DNA of 64,000 nucleotides from Sedimentisphaerales bacterium (GTDB lineage: Bacteria; Planctomycetota; Phycisphaerae; Sedimentisphaerales; Anaerobacaceae): positions 3,136,001 to 3,200,000 of the forward strand of contig OY970194.1 of NCBI GenBank assembly GCA_963708075.1, given 5' to 3'. Every line of letters begins with the position of its first letter. Position 1 is the stretch's first letter. The translations under genes and the position numbers were made by a program. Shown one piece after another: positions 9,835 to 20,957 of the stretch. The notes under the pieces were generated by a model. It was given only the letters and a program-made list of their open reading frames with translations. It was not told the DNA's origin and searched no databases.

Positions 9835-11166
9835 ATGTCGTCACAGAACAAAGGTATATCCGGGACGAACGCAGGCATTGTCGCCGGCACAGTGGCGGCG
9901 GCCGTGCTGGGACAGAGGGCACACGCCCAAGGGTCCGACAAGATTAAAGTGGGAATGCTCGGCTGCGGCGGGCGGGGCAACGGCGCTATTCAGGATTGTT
10001 TGCAGGCGGATGCCGGCGTCGAGATCATCGCCCTGGCCGACCTGTTCGAGAATCAGGTCAAAGGGACTCGGGACCGCTTCGCCAAAAACGAGAAGTTCAA
10101 AGATCGCGTCAAGGTCAACGACGATCACATGTTCTGGGGCTTCGATTGCCACGAGAAACTGGCCCAGTGCGACGCCGACCTGCTGATGATGGCCACGGCG
10201 CCCGCGTTTCGCGGACGGCAGTTGATGGCCGCCATCAAGGCCGGCAAGCACGTCTTCACGGAAAAACCCATTGCCACGGACGTGGCCGGCTGCAAGGAAG
10301 TGATGGAGGCCTCCCGTCTGGCGAAGGAAAAAGGCCTGGCCATCGTAGCCGGCACGCAGCGACGGCACGAGTTCAGCCGGCTCGAGCTGATGAAGCGCAT
10401 CCACGACGGAGCCATTGGCGAGCTGGTCGGCGGCCAGTGTTACTGGTTCGGCGGCGGCATCTGGTTCAAAGGCTGCCAGGAAGGGATGAGCGAACTGGAG
10501 TGGCAGTGCCACAACTGGTACCACTTCGCGTGGCTGTCCGGCGACCAGATCTGCGAGCAGCACATTCACAACATCGACGTGATGAACTGGTGTTTCAACG
10601 GCCCTCCGGCGAAGCTCACGGCAGTCGGCGGCCGCGGCTGGCGCACCTTCAACGAAGATCAGATCAAGAGCGCCAAGGAAGTCTGCCGCAAGCTCAATAA
10701 CGGCTCCGACGCCAACTGGGAAAAGTACAACGGCGACATCTGGGACCATATTTATGCCGAGTTTGAGTACCCAAATGGCGCCCGCTGCCTGAGCTTCAGC
10801 GGACACAGCCCCGGCACCGGACGCAACGGCGAGAAGATCGTCGGCACCAAGGGTACCAGCGACTGTAACCACAACATCACGGGCCAGAACGCATGGACCT
10901 ATGAGGGCAAAAACGTCAACGGGCAGGTGCAGGAGCATGCGGATCTGATCGCGAGCATCCGCAGCGGCAAGCCGCTCAACGAGGGCCAGCAGGTCGCCGA
11001 GAGCACCCTGACGGCCATCGGCGCACGCATCGCCGCCTATACCGGCCGCGTGATCACATGGGACTGGCTGATGAACACCTGCAAGCAGAACCTCGTGCCG
11101 AGGGACATCAAGCCCGGCGCAGGCCTGTTCTACCCCATCGCCACCGGCCGCGATGAGCCGGTGTAG
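9835..11166 (+). CDS. Gfo/Idh/MocA family oxidoreductase (paralog of upstream gene)
   Basis: LGCGGRG, FTEKP, WLSGDQICEQHIHNID; AAGGAG SD upstream. Confidence 0.93.
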   Translation: MSSQNKGISGTNAGIVAGTVAAAVLGQRAHAQGSDKIKVGMLGCGGRGNGAIQDCLQADAGVEIIALADLFENQVKGTRDRFAKNEKFKDRVKVNDDHMFWGFDCHEKLAQCDADLLMMATAPAFRGRQLMAAIKAGKHVFTEKPIATDVAGCKEVMEASRLAKEKGLAIVAGTQRRHEFSRLELMKRIHDGAIGELVGGQCYWFGGGIWFKGCQEGMSELEWQCHNWYHFAWLSGDQICEQHIHNIDVMNWCFNGPPAKLTAVGGRGWRTFNEDQIKSAKEVCRKLNNGSDANWEKYNGDIWDHIYAEFEYPNGARCLSFSGHSPGTGRNGEKIVGTKGTSDCNHNITGQNAWTYEGKNVNGQVQEHADLIASIRSGKPLNEGQQVAESTLTAIGARIAAYTGRVITWDWLMNTCKQNLVPRDIKPGAGLFYPIATGRDEPV

Positions 11167-11194
11167 TGCCGGCCCGTTCAACTCGTTCTCACTG

Positions 11195-11246
11195 CAGGGG
11201 CCGGGGATCGGATGCAACGTCAACCGATCCCCGGCCCCTGATTTCT
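11195..11246 (+). terminator. Strong hairpin / probable intrinsic terminator
   Basis: 17-bp perfect stem CAGGGGCCGGGGATCGG / CCGATCCCCGGCCCCTG followed by ATTTCT. Confidence 0.7.
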
Positions 11247-11261
11247 GAGGCCTGCGAGACT

Positions 11262-12422
11262 ATGACGATACTGTGCCTCTTTTGCCTGCTTATCTCGTCA
11301 CCTGCGAATTCAAAGGATGCACCGGAGACGATCCGCGAGTTCTTCACGCCGCCGCAGTTCGCCGGAGATTTTGGGCACTACGGATCGCCACTGAAGTTCC
11401 AGGACGGCACACCTGTAAGGACGCGGGCGGACTGGCAACGGCGCAGGCAGGAAATCCTCGCCACGTGGCGCAATCTGACAGGTTTCTGGCCGCCGCTGAT
11501 CGAGAAGCCTGGACTCCAGTACCTGGAACAGACGCACCGCGACAACTTCACTCAGCACAAAGTAACCGTCGAGATCGCTCCCGGCAAGCAGACAGTAGCC
11601 GGCTACTTGCTCGTCCCCGACGCTGGCCCCAAGGCCGCTCCTCCAATCCGCACTCCGCAATCCGAAATCCGAAATCTGTTTCCCGCCGTGCTCGTCGTCT
11701 TTTACGACGCGGAAACCGGCGTCGGACTAGGCAAGGAGGGGCGTGACTTTGGCTATCAGTTGGCCAAACGAGGCTTTGTCGTCCTGTCGATCGGGACGCC
11801 GGAATTCGCCAGTCTCAAGCCTCCGTACAAGCCGCTGTGCGAGATTGCCGAAGGCAAGCCTCCGCTTCAGCCGCTGTCAGCCCTCGCCTATGTCGCCGCC
11901 AATTGCCACACCGCGCTCGCGAACATGCCCAACGTTGATCCCAAGAGGATCGGCATCGTTGGCCATTCCTATGGCGGCAAGTGGGCGATGTTCGCCTCCT
12001 GCCTCTACGAGAAGTTCGCCTGTGCCGTCTGGTCGGACCCGGGGATCGTCTTCGACGAAACCCGGCCCAACGTCAATTACTGGGAGCCCTGGTATCTGGG
12101 TTGGGATGCAAGCCGCCAGCGTGAGCGAGGCATCCCGAGCGACACGAACCCTCGCACCGGCCCCTACAAGTCAATGATCGAGACCGGCCGCGACCTGCAC
12201 GAGTTGCACGCCCTGATGGCCCCCCGCCCGTTCCTTGTCTCAGGCGGCGCCGAGGATCCGCCCAAGCGATGGCAAGCCCTCAACCACACCGTCGCCGTGA
12301 ACAATCTTCTGGGCTACACAAATCGCGTCGCCATGACCAGCCGCGACACCCACGACCCGACGCCCCAATCCAATGAGCAGATCTACACCTTCTTCGAGCA
12401 CTTCCTGCAATCGGACCAGTGA
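11262..12422 (+). CDS. Secreted alpha/beta hydrolase (dienelactone hydrolase/acetylxylan esterase-like)
   Basis: GHSYGG nucleophile elbow, DLHELHALMAPRPFLV, C-terminal His; signal peptide. Confidence 0.85.
   Translation: MTILCLFCLLISSPANSKDAPETIREFFTPPQFAGDFGHYGSPLKFQDGTPVRTRADWQRRRQEILATWRNLTGFWPPLIEKPGLQYLEQTHRDNFTQHKVTVEIAPGKQTVAGYLLVPDAGPKAAPPIRTPQSEIRNLFPAVLVVFYDAETGVGLGKEGRDFGYQLAKRGFVVLSIGTPEFASLKPPYKPLCEIAEGKPPLQPLSALAYVAANCHTALANMPNVDPKRIGIVGHSYGGKWAMFASCLYEKFACAVWSDPGIVFDETRPNVNYWEPWYLGWDASRQRERGIPSDTNPRTGPYKSMIETGRDLHELHALMAPRPFLVSGGAEDPPKRWQALNHTVAVNNLLGYTNRVAMTSRDTHDPTPQSNEQIYTFFEHFLQSDQ
11644..11678 (+). repeat. Heptamer tandem repeat (C/A)AATCCG x5 inside CDS
   Basis: CAATCCG CACTCCG CAATCCG AAATCCG AAATCTG. 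Confidence 0.85.
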
Positions 12423-13247
12423 CTACTGCGGCGCGTGGCAACTCTTGATGATGTAGCCGCCTGATTTTTCTTCTGGTTCCAGTTCGAGAATACCGCGTGC
12501 CTGCGCCTCCTCGAGCAACTGGCTGAACGATCGGACGCCGTAGTAGGATTCACTGAAGCCGGGTTTGCGGCGTTTCAGGGTCTGCTTGATCATGGAGCCC
12601 CAGATCTTTTCCCCCTCCCCGCGCTCTTCCACCAGCGCCTGATAGGTTTCGACGATCCAGTCGAAAGCCTCCTGCTTCTTGTCCTTGACGGGCTTGGCGG
12701 CTTTGGTGGTCGGGCCCCGGGCCGGCTTCGGAGCCGCCTCTCTGGCAGCCTCTTTCCTGCGAGTCGGCTGGCGGCGCACAAGGTCGTCGTAGTAGATGAA
12801 TTCATCGCAGTTTGCGATCAACAGGTCCGACGTCGAATTCTTGACGCCCACGCCGATAACGATCTTGTTGTTCTCCCGCAGCTTGCTGACCAGTGGCGAA
12901 AAATCAGAGTCGCCGCTCAGGAGCACGAAGGTGTCCAGGTGCTCCTTCGTGTAGCAGAGGTCGAGTGCATCGACCACCATGCGAATATCGGCGGAGTTCT
13001 TGCCCGACATCCGCACGTGCGGGACCTCGATCAGCTCGAAGGACGCTTCGTGCATCGCCGGCTTGAATGCCTTGTAGCGGTCCCAGTCGCAGTATGCTTT
13101 CTTAACGACGATATTCCCCTTGAGCAGGAGCCGCTCGATCACCTTGCTAATGTCGAATTGGGCATAGTTGGCCTCTTCAACGCCCAACGCAATATTCTCG
13201 AAATCACAAAAAAGGGCCATGTTCCGCGTCTCAGCCTGATATGCCAT
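12423..13247 (-). CDS. NYN domain protein with C-terminal OST-HTH/LOTUS domain
   Basis: LFCDFENI, GKNSADIRMVVDA, SGDSDFSPL, CDEFIYYD; C-terminal FSESYYGVRSFSQLLE. Confidence 0.92.
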   Translation of the reverse strand: MAYQAETRNMALFCDFENIALGVEEANYAQFDISKVIERLLLKGNIVVKKAYCDWDRYKAFKPAMHEASFELIEVPHVRMSGKNSADIRMVVDALDLCYTKEHLDTFVLLSGDSDFSPLVSKLRENNKIVIGVGVKNSTSDLLIANCDEFIYYDDLVRRQPTRRKEAAREAAPKPARGPTTKAAKPVKDKKQEAFDWIVETYQALVEERGEGEKIWGSMIKQTLKRRKPGFSESYYGVRSFSQLLEEAQARGILELEPEEKSGGYIIKSCHAPQ

Positions 13248-13366
13248 GCCATCGTTCCTTCAGTAGTCCCTATTGTCGGATTATAGATAAGTCTATTCTC
13301 AAAGTATCATTCTTCTTGTTCTCGGCCGCCCATCTTAACACAACTACCGTCCAATGCAAAGGCACA

Positions 13367-13798
13367 TCAACAAGAAGGACTGCCCCGCGGGATACGCAAA
13401 AGAAGAATGACGAGCAGCACACCCTGGGCGAAACCTTCCGCGAGGTCGACAAAGGCAAACCAGAAGAAGCCGATTCGATGGTCCGGCGGCACAGCAAGGA
13501 ACAGGGCAATGAGCCCGGCAAGAGTGCCGATCAGACAGGCAACACCCAGAATCCAGATCAAGGGGCGGTAGCGTTGCACATCCGTCGAGAACACGATGCA
13601 GAATAGCCCTGTAAGCACGAACATGCCCATCAGCATCCGAAACAGATAGCTGATAAAGATCCCCACAGGCACCGCTCGGTCGGCCGTATGGATGAACCGA
13701 ACGAGCCAGGGATGAGGCATCACGCCCGCAATGAGGCCGAACAGCGTTGTGAACGCGATGAACCGCAGTATCCATTTCACTCCGGATTCGGCTGTCAT
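13367..13798 (-). CDS. Hypothetical membrane protein (about 4 TM)
   Basis: AGGAGAGG SD before MTAESG; four hydrophobic segments. Confidence 0.75.
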   Translation of the reverse strand: MTAESGVKWILRFIAFTTLFGLIAGVMPHPWLVRFIHTADRAVPVGIFISYLFRMLMGMFVLTGLFCIVFSTDVQRYRPLIWILGVACLIGTLAGLIALFLAVPPDHRIGFFWFAFVDLAEGFAQGVLLVILLLRIPRGSPSC

Positions 13799-13835
13799 CC
13801 TGTCCTCTCCTGTATGACCTCCAGGTCCTGTTCTC

Positions 13836-14411
13836 TCAGGCGAACTTGGCGTCGGGCACTTCGCGGACGGCCGGGTCCACGTTGAAGTAATCTTCCGGGG
13901 CAAAGCCGAAGGCGTTGGCGATCAGGCTGCTGGGGAAGGTCTCGCATTTGTTGCGATAGTCGCGGACGTTGCCGTTGAAGAACCGCCTCGCGGCCTGGAT
14001 GCGGTCCTCCGTATTCACCAGCTCGCGCTGGAGTTGCAGGAAGTTCTGGTCGGCCTTGAGCTGCGGATAGTTCTCCACAACCACAAACAGCCTCTGCAGG
14101 GCGGCCACCAACTGGTTCTCATCCACCGCCTGCTCGCTGGGTCGGCCCTGGCTGGCGATGCATTGCGTGCGCAACTGCGTGACGCGGTCGAGGACCTCCC
14201 TCTCATGGGCGGCGTAGCCCTTCACCGTGGCAACGAGGTTGGGGATCAGATCGTACCGGCGCTTCAGCTCCGTGTCGATGTTGCCCCACGCGTCGCGGAT
14301 GTGGTTTCGCAGGGCCACCAGCGTGTTGTACGTCAGGACGACATAGAGTAGCGGCAGCAGGACAACAGCGGCGAGTAAGGCAAACACAATCAATGAACCA
14401 TCCATAATCAA
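13836..14411 (-). CDS. lemA: LemA family protein
   Basis: YNTLV...WGNIDTELKRRYDLIPNLV..VKGYAAHE, ENYPQLKA, EDRIQAARRFFN. Confidence 0.95.
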   Translation of the reverse strand: MIMDGSLIVFALLAAVVLLPLLYVVLTYNTLVALRNHIRDAWGNIDTELKRRYDLIPNLVATVKGYAAHEREVLDRVTQLRTQCIASQGRPSEQAVDENQLVAALQRLFVVVENYPQLKADQNFLQLQRELVNTEDRIQAARRFFNGNVRDYRNKCETFPSSLIANAFGFAPEDYFNVDPAVREVPDAKFA

Positions 14412-15106
14412 CTCCGGGAGAACAGGTAATCCGGCAGGAGCGACCTGACGGCGATGAGGCGATTCAGGTTGGATTCGATCTGCTCGGGCGACAATCGGTT
14501 ACCAAACGAAATGGCCATCGCGGGACCCTCGATCTCAATCGTCAGGTCGTCGTTGGCCAGCAGGTACTCCATCATGCGGGCGTTGCACACGTCATAGGCG
14601 AACTTCTTGTCTCGCGAGCGCACGCAGAACTTCCGCGAGAACTCGTGCGACTCGAAGTCGATATCGTCATAGCCGAGGCTCTGGGCAACCTTCGAGAAGA
14701 ACCCCTCCCGGCCGACGGTCAGCTCCGGAAACGATATGGGCATCAGCAGGAGGAAGAACGAGAAGTAGTGATGGTGCGTCTGGCGATGGCCTTTCGAGTC
14801 GGTGGAATGCGTCTCGTAGTGATAATCGAACGCCATCACGTCATGGCTGTTGTACTTGCCCGAGAGGACGTTGAACGCATAGCGATTATCGCCCGCCCGC
14901 AGCTTATCGAGGAACTGATATCGCTTGGCCAGCCCATGATCTTTGTTCGGATCGAATCGCAGCCCGAGCCTGGCCGCCAGGGCCAGCATCGCCTCCTGAC
15001 GCTTCTTGGCCACAAGATGCCCGAAGATCGCTCCGACGACGACCAGAGCGATCACACCAACAATGACCAGCACCTGCACTATGCTCATGCCTCCAAAGCC
15101 ATCCAA
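14408..15106 (-). CDS. Membrane-anchored hypothetical protein (DUF3137-like), LemA-associated
   Basis: N-terminal TM helix; DIDFESHEFSRKFCV motif; overlaps the lemA start. Confidence 0.7.
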   Translation of the reverse strand: MDGFGGMSIVQVLVIVGVIALVVVGAIFGHLVAKKRQEAMLALAARLGLRFDPNKDHGLAKRYQFLDKLRAGDNRYAFNVLSGKYNSHDVMAFDYHYETHSTDSKGHRQTHHHYFSFFLLLMPISFPELTVGREGFFSKVAQSLGYDDIDFESHEFSRKFCVRSRDKKFAYDVCNARMMEYLLANDDLTIEIEGPAMAISFGNRLSPEQIESNLNRLIAVRSLLPDYLFSRS

Positions 15107-15216
15107 CGGCTCCAGCTTCTATCAGTACCGACATTCTGCGGGAACCGCGGCTCGCATGCAAGTCTGATTTGCCGGCACTTTCCGCGTCTGAGCATCAATA
15201 GCCGCAAGGATACGGG

Positions 15217-17614
15217 CTAGAGCTTGATTGTGACTATAGCGGCGGAGAGGGCCGGCAGGCTGAAACGCGTCGTGCCGCCGTCCACCTGCACCTGGCCCGG
15301 CTCAGCGCGGACCGAGTCGGGTTTGGCCAGAGTGTTGCGGGCGTTCAATGATCCCGGCGATACTATCTGCATAGTGACTGTCGTGGATTTGAACTTCTCG
15401 GGCAGATTCAGCGTCATTTCCGCGGCGGCTGCGCGGGGGTTGACGCATTTGACGTACAGGGTCCGACCGTCCTCGGATTTGGTTGCGACGACATTCAGTT
15501 TGTCGCTGCCGCCGGTGATCTCGATACGGCTTGGGGCGTAGTGGTTACGCCAGAGCTGCATCACGACGTAGTTCGGGGCGGGGAACCACGTGCTCTGGTC
15601 GAAGTTGATGAAGGCGTTGTCCCAGGCCGTCGCGGAGACGTGGCGCAGGAACAGGGCCGGGCCGCCGATCTCGAAGACATCGCCGCATCGCTCGAACCCG
15701 TTGAGCACGCCGCCCGCATACAGCCCGGTGCGCCAGTCGGTGCTCTGGGCGTTCCACTCGGAGCAGTAGATCTTCAGCTTGGGATTGGCCGACTGGGCGA
15801 TGATCTCGGCGGTCTGGCGGATGAACCGCTCGTAGTTGCCCGGCCCGTCGGCGAAGCGGTCCGGGTTTTCATAGTGATGAATGCTCAGGTAGTCGATCAC
15901 CTGCGCAGCCATTGATGATGCGACGATTCCAATCGAGGTTGAATCCGCCGCTGCCACAGGCGATCAGCTTGATCGACGGATCGGCCTTGCGCATCGCGGG
16001 GGCGAAGCGATTGACCGCCGCGATGTAGTTGTCCGGCCCCATGCTCCACGTCTCGTTGTCGATCTCCCAGTACTTAACGTTGTACGGCTTGGGATGGCCA
16101 TTGGCGGCGCGGACCTTGCCCCACTTCGAGTCGGCAGGGCCATTGCAGTACTCGATCCAGTCGAGCACATCCTGCAGGAAGTCGTGAGTGCCGGCATCGA
16201 GATTCCACTCTGTGGTGCCGATATTGACCACGAGCAAAGGCTCCGCCCCGACCAGCCTGCACAAAGCGATGAATTCATCCGTGCCGAGGCTGTTGATGTC
16301 GAGATCGTCCCACAACTCACGGGGGGTGACACGGCGCTGGTGCTGCGGGCCGATGCCGTCCTTCCAGCGATATGGCGATGCGAAGCAGCCGCCGGGCCAG
16401 CGGATGATCGGCGGCTTGATGTCGGCCACAGCCTTCAGCAGGTCCGGCCGGAAGCCCCCCTTCGCCTTCCAAGACTGAGGCATCATGCTCACCTGATCGA
16501 TCTCCACGTCTGCCTTGCCGGGTACTACCACTTGCAGGACCGCGTTGGCATCGGAGGCCTTCGGACGAAGCTTGAATTTGAATTCGCGCCAGCCGCTGCG
16601 CGGGCTGCTGAGCTTCTGCTCCGCAATGGTCTGCTTGCCACTGAGCAGGCGCACGACGAGCCTGTCACCCGAGCCGCGAGCCCAGAGCGAGCCCTCGTAC
16701 GTCTCGCCCGCCCGGATGCAGAACTCATCCTGCATCAAACCCGTCTCGCCGGCATCGCCTACAATTCGGACGAAAGCGTTGCTATTGAACGCATTCTTGG
16801 ATTCGATGCTCCCCTTGCCGGGGCCGAACATGTTCCAGTGCCGAGTCTCGAATACCTGCTGCGGAGCCGGCGGCAGACCCTCGAATAGGACCTTGTCGTC
16901 TAATGTGGCCACTTTGAGATTGCGGAACTTCGCCTGCGTGGACCACGTCCCCACGCCGACCCGCCCCGCCAGATGCGGCGACCGCGCATCGGTGTAGTCG
17001 AGGACTTGCTTGTCGTCCAGCCACACCTGCAGGTGGTTGCCTTCGCAGCGCACGCGTATGCGGTACCACTTTCCCGTGTCGATTCTGTCACGGACCTGCG
17101 GCCCAACCGGATTCCGCTGCCTGCCAAAGGCTTTCTCCAACTGATGATGCTGGTTGCCCCAGCCGCCGATGTTGTACCAATAGAATTGATTGGGACCGGC
17201 GATGCGGAAGAGAATGAGAAAGCCCTCCGCTCCACCGGTCTTCCGGGCTTCGAGCGTGTACTCATAATCGGTCCAGGACGCGTCGCCGAACATCAGCCGC
17301 TGGTCCGTGCCCATGCCGGCCTGAATGACCTGCCCATCTTCAATGCGCCAGAGGCCGGCGGAGTTCTCTTCGAAGCTGCGATTCCAGACCAGCTCGCCCC
17401 ACAGGCCACCATTGGCCGAGTGGTAGATGTGCTCGAAGAAGTGCCCATACACCTTCTCATCGATACGGTTCAGCACGCGGTCGGGATTCAGAGTGTATGA
17501 GACTTTCAGCACTTCCTGATCTTGGGCGGCTGCAAGCGATGTCCACGACAAGGCAACTACCGTTGCACAGAGAAGCCCCACAAGCCCGATCCCCGCCTTT
17601 GTTCCTGAACGCAT
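15217..17614 (-). CDS. GH51 alpha-L-arabinofuranosidase with DUF1080-like and CBM-like inserts; frameshift near 15905
   Basis: YGHFFEHI, IRWPGGCF, YWEIDNE in ORF 15869-17614; continues as DYLSIHHY...SEWN in ORF 15217-15957. Confidence 0.9.
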
Positions 17615-17807
17615 GTGTCAAACCCTTTCGTCGTGTGTCTGCATGATAAAGCGGACGTCAGTGACAATTAAGGGCACAACCTATCGCCGCGGGCTCAGGC
17701 GTACAACGCAATTTTGCGTTTTATATTCACCTCTTTGCGAATGAGGGCAGCTCGCCCGTCTGACTTTCGGCTTTTGCGGCGGATGGGCCGCTGGTAGAAT
17801 CCGCATA

Positions 17808-18793
17808 ATGGGCGAAGCAACGAAAAGGCGTCTGTCTCCGGCTCTGGTGCTCTTCTTCCTGGCGCCGGCAATCGGTGAGTTGCTCAGCAGTTCGGCGCCG
17901 CCGGCGGAATTCTTCAATCCGCCCGGCTTCATCGTCCTCTCTGTGCTCTACGGCGGCGGTGCGATTCTGGCACGGGAGCTTGCGTTTCGCTGGGGCAAGG
18001 GCTGGCCGAGCCTGCTGATCCTTGGAGCGGCCTATGGCATCGCGGAGGAAGGGCTGATGTGCAAGAGCTTCTTCGATCCGGGCTGGATGGACGTGGGAAT
18101 CCTGGGCGAATACGGGCGATGGCTCGGCGTCAACTGGGTGTGGTCGGTCGAGCTGACGATCTATCACACCGCCTTCACCATCCTGATTCCAATCACACTG
18201 GTGACACTCCTGTTCCCGGATCGGCGGATGACCCCCTGGATCGGCCGGCGCGGGCTCGTTGCTCTCTGGATTCTGTGGCTTGCCAACGGCGTCCTGATCT
18301 TCCTTTTCATCAGCAAATACCGCCCGCCCGTGCTGCACTACGCGGTAGCAGCAGGCACGATCGCATGCCTGGGTGCCGCGGCGAAGTGGTTGCCGGCGAC
18401 TGTCGCCCCGCCGGAGGCGTATGGAAAAGAGACGCCCGGTTGCGGCCGGCTCTTTGCCCTGGGCTTCGTCAGCACAGTGGTCTTCTTTGTGCTGGCCTGG
18501 ATGCTGCCGCACAGCCGGCTTCATCCCCTGGTTGTGTTCGGACTCATGGCGGTGCTCGCTGCCGCAATGATATGGGCCATTTGGCGCATCTCAGCCAGAC
18601 CCGGCTTCTCGGACAGGCACAAGCTGGCGCTGGTCTGGGCGCTCTGGGGTTCTTCATCTTCATCGTGGCCCCGGTGCGGGAATTGGCAAAGAACCCAGCC
18701 GACAATCCGGCCGGGATGCTCATCGTGGCACTGGCGTTCTTCCTGTTCCTTGCCTGGATGTGGCGCCGCACACGACCACATGCGGAGACCTGA
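17808..18793 (+). CDS. Multi-pass membrane protein; frameshift near 18632
   Basis: About 9 hydrophobic helices, GIAEEGL motif; C-terminus continues in the alternate frame as LGALGFFIFIVAP...WMWRRTRPHAET. Confidence 0.75.
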
Positions 18794-18804
18794 TTCATGC
18801 GTCC

Positions 18805-20799
18805 CTATCGCTTCGGCGGCTTGGCGGCACCGTCGATGAGCAGCGGCCCAGGCGCGGTCTTCCACACCCGGCACAGCGGCTTGTCTCCGCAAGTCCAGCC
18901 GTCTTTGTTCAGTTGTGCATCCGTCGAATACAGCCGGCCTCCGGAATCGCTACGACGATACTCATAGAGCGGCACGATGCACGCGTTTGCGGACGCTGGT
19001 TCGGCCGGGGGCAGCGCATAGAACAGCGGCTTCTCGGATGGGACGGGAGGCTCCGTCACCAAACTGCTGCTCTCGGCAGCTTTCGCGGCGTAAAGCGGGA
19101 TCAGTCCATCGCGGGCCCTGTCCGGCTCGACCGCATAGAACGCGACGGATTCTATGGCGTCCCATTTCTCGCCCTTTGCCACGCCATCCCGCAACAGATA
19201 CTCCGTGCTACCCTCCATCCGGTACACCGGGACAGGCAGGACGAGGCGAGGGTCGTCGAGAGTCAGTCGGTACATGATCTGGTTGTAGTCGTAACGCGGT
19301 GTGGCGGTTTCGGGGGAACCAGAGAATGATTCCGTGTACGTGCCCTCGAAGAAGATGATGCGGCCACCATCCTGATCGAAGTACGGATGATGCTTCGGAT
19401 TGTAGAACGAATACTTGTCGTGCGTCATGATTTTGCGGGCGTAGGCCCAGGGACCGACGGGTGTATCGGCCTCGGCGTACCAGACCTCGCCCAGAAATGA
19501 GCTTTCGCCGCCGGACTGCACGAAGATCATAACCCATTTGCGTCGATAGGCGTTGAAGTAGGCGCTGCCGCCGTGAGGCGATACCGCTTTGCCTGAACCG
19601 ATATCGTACAGCAATGTACCCTTCTTCTCCTGCCGGAGGGCCTCGCTGACACGGGCCCTCACGGAATTGTCACCGCGGGTCAACTCGGCAAAACGCACCC
19701 AGCGAGGCCGCTCGGTGCTCCCGGCCAAGCCCGGTTGCAGTGAGGTCAGGACTTCGTACCGATTGGGGTCGATCACTTCGCCCCACTTCGCCTCAACACG
19801 CATGCGGACCGCCGTCGGGAACGGCAGCGTGAAGTAGTAGTAATCGTGCCCCCCTGCCGCCACGCGCTCGGCATGCCCGAAGTCCCGGTACGGCAGGACG
19901 TTCGGGTCCGCCCGAACCACCGGTTCAAACGATTGTGTCGCATCATTGAAGACCACCAGGCCCAGCTCCAGTGTCGTTCCGAGATCCTTGAGCCTGGCGA
20001 ACTTCGCGACCATCCTCTCGCGGCCCTGGTCGTCGTTGACGGTCAACAGGCCGTCGAGCCAGACCAGGCCCGGCTCTTTCAATCGCGCCAGCGGTCGGCT
20101 GAACCCGTTCTTGTCCACAAAGTACTCGATATTGACACCTGCCGCAGGGTCCAGGCCGCCGCGCCCGGGCAGGTCCGATACGGCGCCGGCCATGGCGAAG
20201 TGGCCGAGCGGATAGGAGGGCTTGCCCGTATCGCCCCATAGCCAGTACAGCCGCCCATGATAGATGGTGGTATCTACAGAATCCTGGCCCATGACTTGTC
20301 CGTTGAGAACCGGGTTTTGCAGGGGAACCGGCCGACCCGCCAAAATGCTGTCACGGTAGATGCCCTGCCCGGTCACCCGGTACAGCCGCTCAGCAACGTT
20401 CAGCCGGTCGATCTTGATGATCGCGGTTGTGCCCGGCGTTGTCTTCAGCCGGACTCCACGGTACCCAAAGCCGTCCTTCGGGGACTCATACCCGTGACTT
20501 CTCACGAAGAAGAAGACCTCCAGGTCCATCAGGCCAGGCTCATGGAATGCGACGATCCCGTTGCTATCTGTGAAGCAGCGGATGCTGTTGGTCGTGCGAA
20601 GCTCCACGAGAGGCACGCCCCGCCCGGTCTGCCGGTCCACCACCTGGATGGCGAAGTACTCGCGCGAGGAATCCGCAGCGGATGAAGACGACGACTCCAG
20701 AGCCGCCGCCTGGTGACTGAGAGTCGAAATGAGAAGAATCGCCAATATCGTGAATATCGGCCGATTGGGCTGCGATTCGCGTGCCACTATGCGTGTCAT
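18805..20799 (-). CDS. Secreted hypothetical protein (beta-propeller-like core; N-terminal carboxypeptidase-regulatory-like domain)
   Basis: Signal-like segment, VVDRQTGRGVPLVEL, WLWGDT, YSFYNPKHHP; long ORF with typical codon usage. Confidence 0.75.
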   Translation of the reverse strand: MTRIVARESQPNRPIFTILAILLISTLSHQAAALESSSSSAADSSREYFAIQVVDRQTGRGVPLVELRTTNSIRCFTDSNGIVAFHEPGLMDLEVFFFVRSHGYESPKDGFGYRGVRLKTTPGTTAIIKIDRLNVAERLYRVTGQGIYRDSILAGRPVPLQNPVLNGQVMGQDSVDTTIYHGRLYWLWGDTGKPSYPLGHFAMAGAVSDLPGRGGLDPAAGVNIEYFVDKNGFSRPLARLKEPGLVWLDGLLTVNDDQGRERMVAKFARLKDLGTTLELGLVVFNDATQSFEPVVRADPNVLPYRDFGHAERVAAGGHDYYYFTLPFPTAVRMRVEAKWGEVIDPNRYEVLTSLQPGLAGSTERPRWVRFAELTRGDNSVRARVSEALRQEKKGTLLYDIGSGKAVSPHGGSAYFNAYRRKWVMIFVQSGGESSFLGEVWYAEADTPVGPWAYARKIMTHDKYSFYNPKHHPYFDQDGGRIIFFEGTYTESFSGSPETATPRYDYNQIMYRLTLDDPRLVLPVPVYRMEGSTEYLLRDGVAKGEKWDAIESVAFYAVEPDRARDGLIPLYAAKAAESSSLVTEPPVPSEKPLFYALPPAEPASANACIVPLYEYRRSDSGGRLYSTDAQLNKDGWTCGDKPLCRVWKTAPGPLLIDGAAKPPKR

Positions 20800-20957
20800 G
20801 CACATCCTCTGCCAAGCATCCACAGACCATTATTGCCGGCCCGAGCACCAAGAAAACCAGCCGGCCATTGGTCCGCATGGTACCCGGTTTATCCGCAGGA
20901 TGCCAGAGCAATCGAAGCCCCTCTACAATGCGGCGCGATTCGCAGGCTGCCCTGCGA

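Noticed and set aside
15869..15957. Programmed frameshifting or true pseudogenes at the split genes
   Set aside because: No slippery heptamers or common signal; many unrelated genes are affected, so sequencing indels are more parsimonious.
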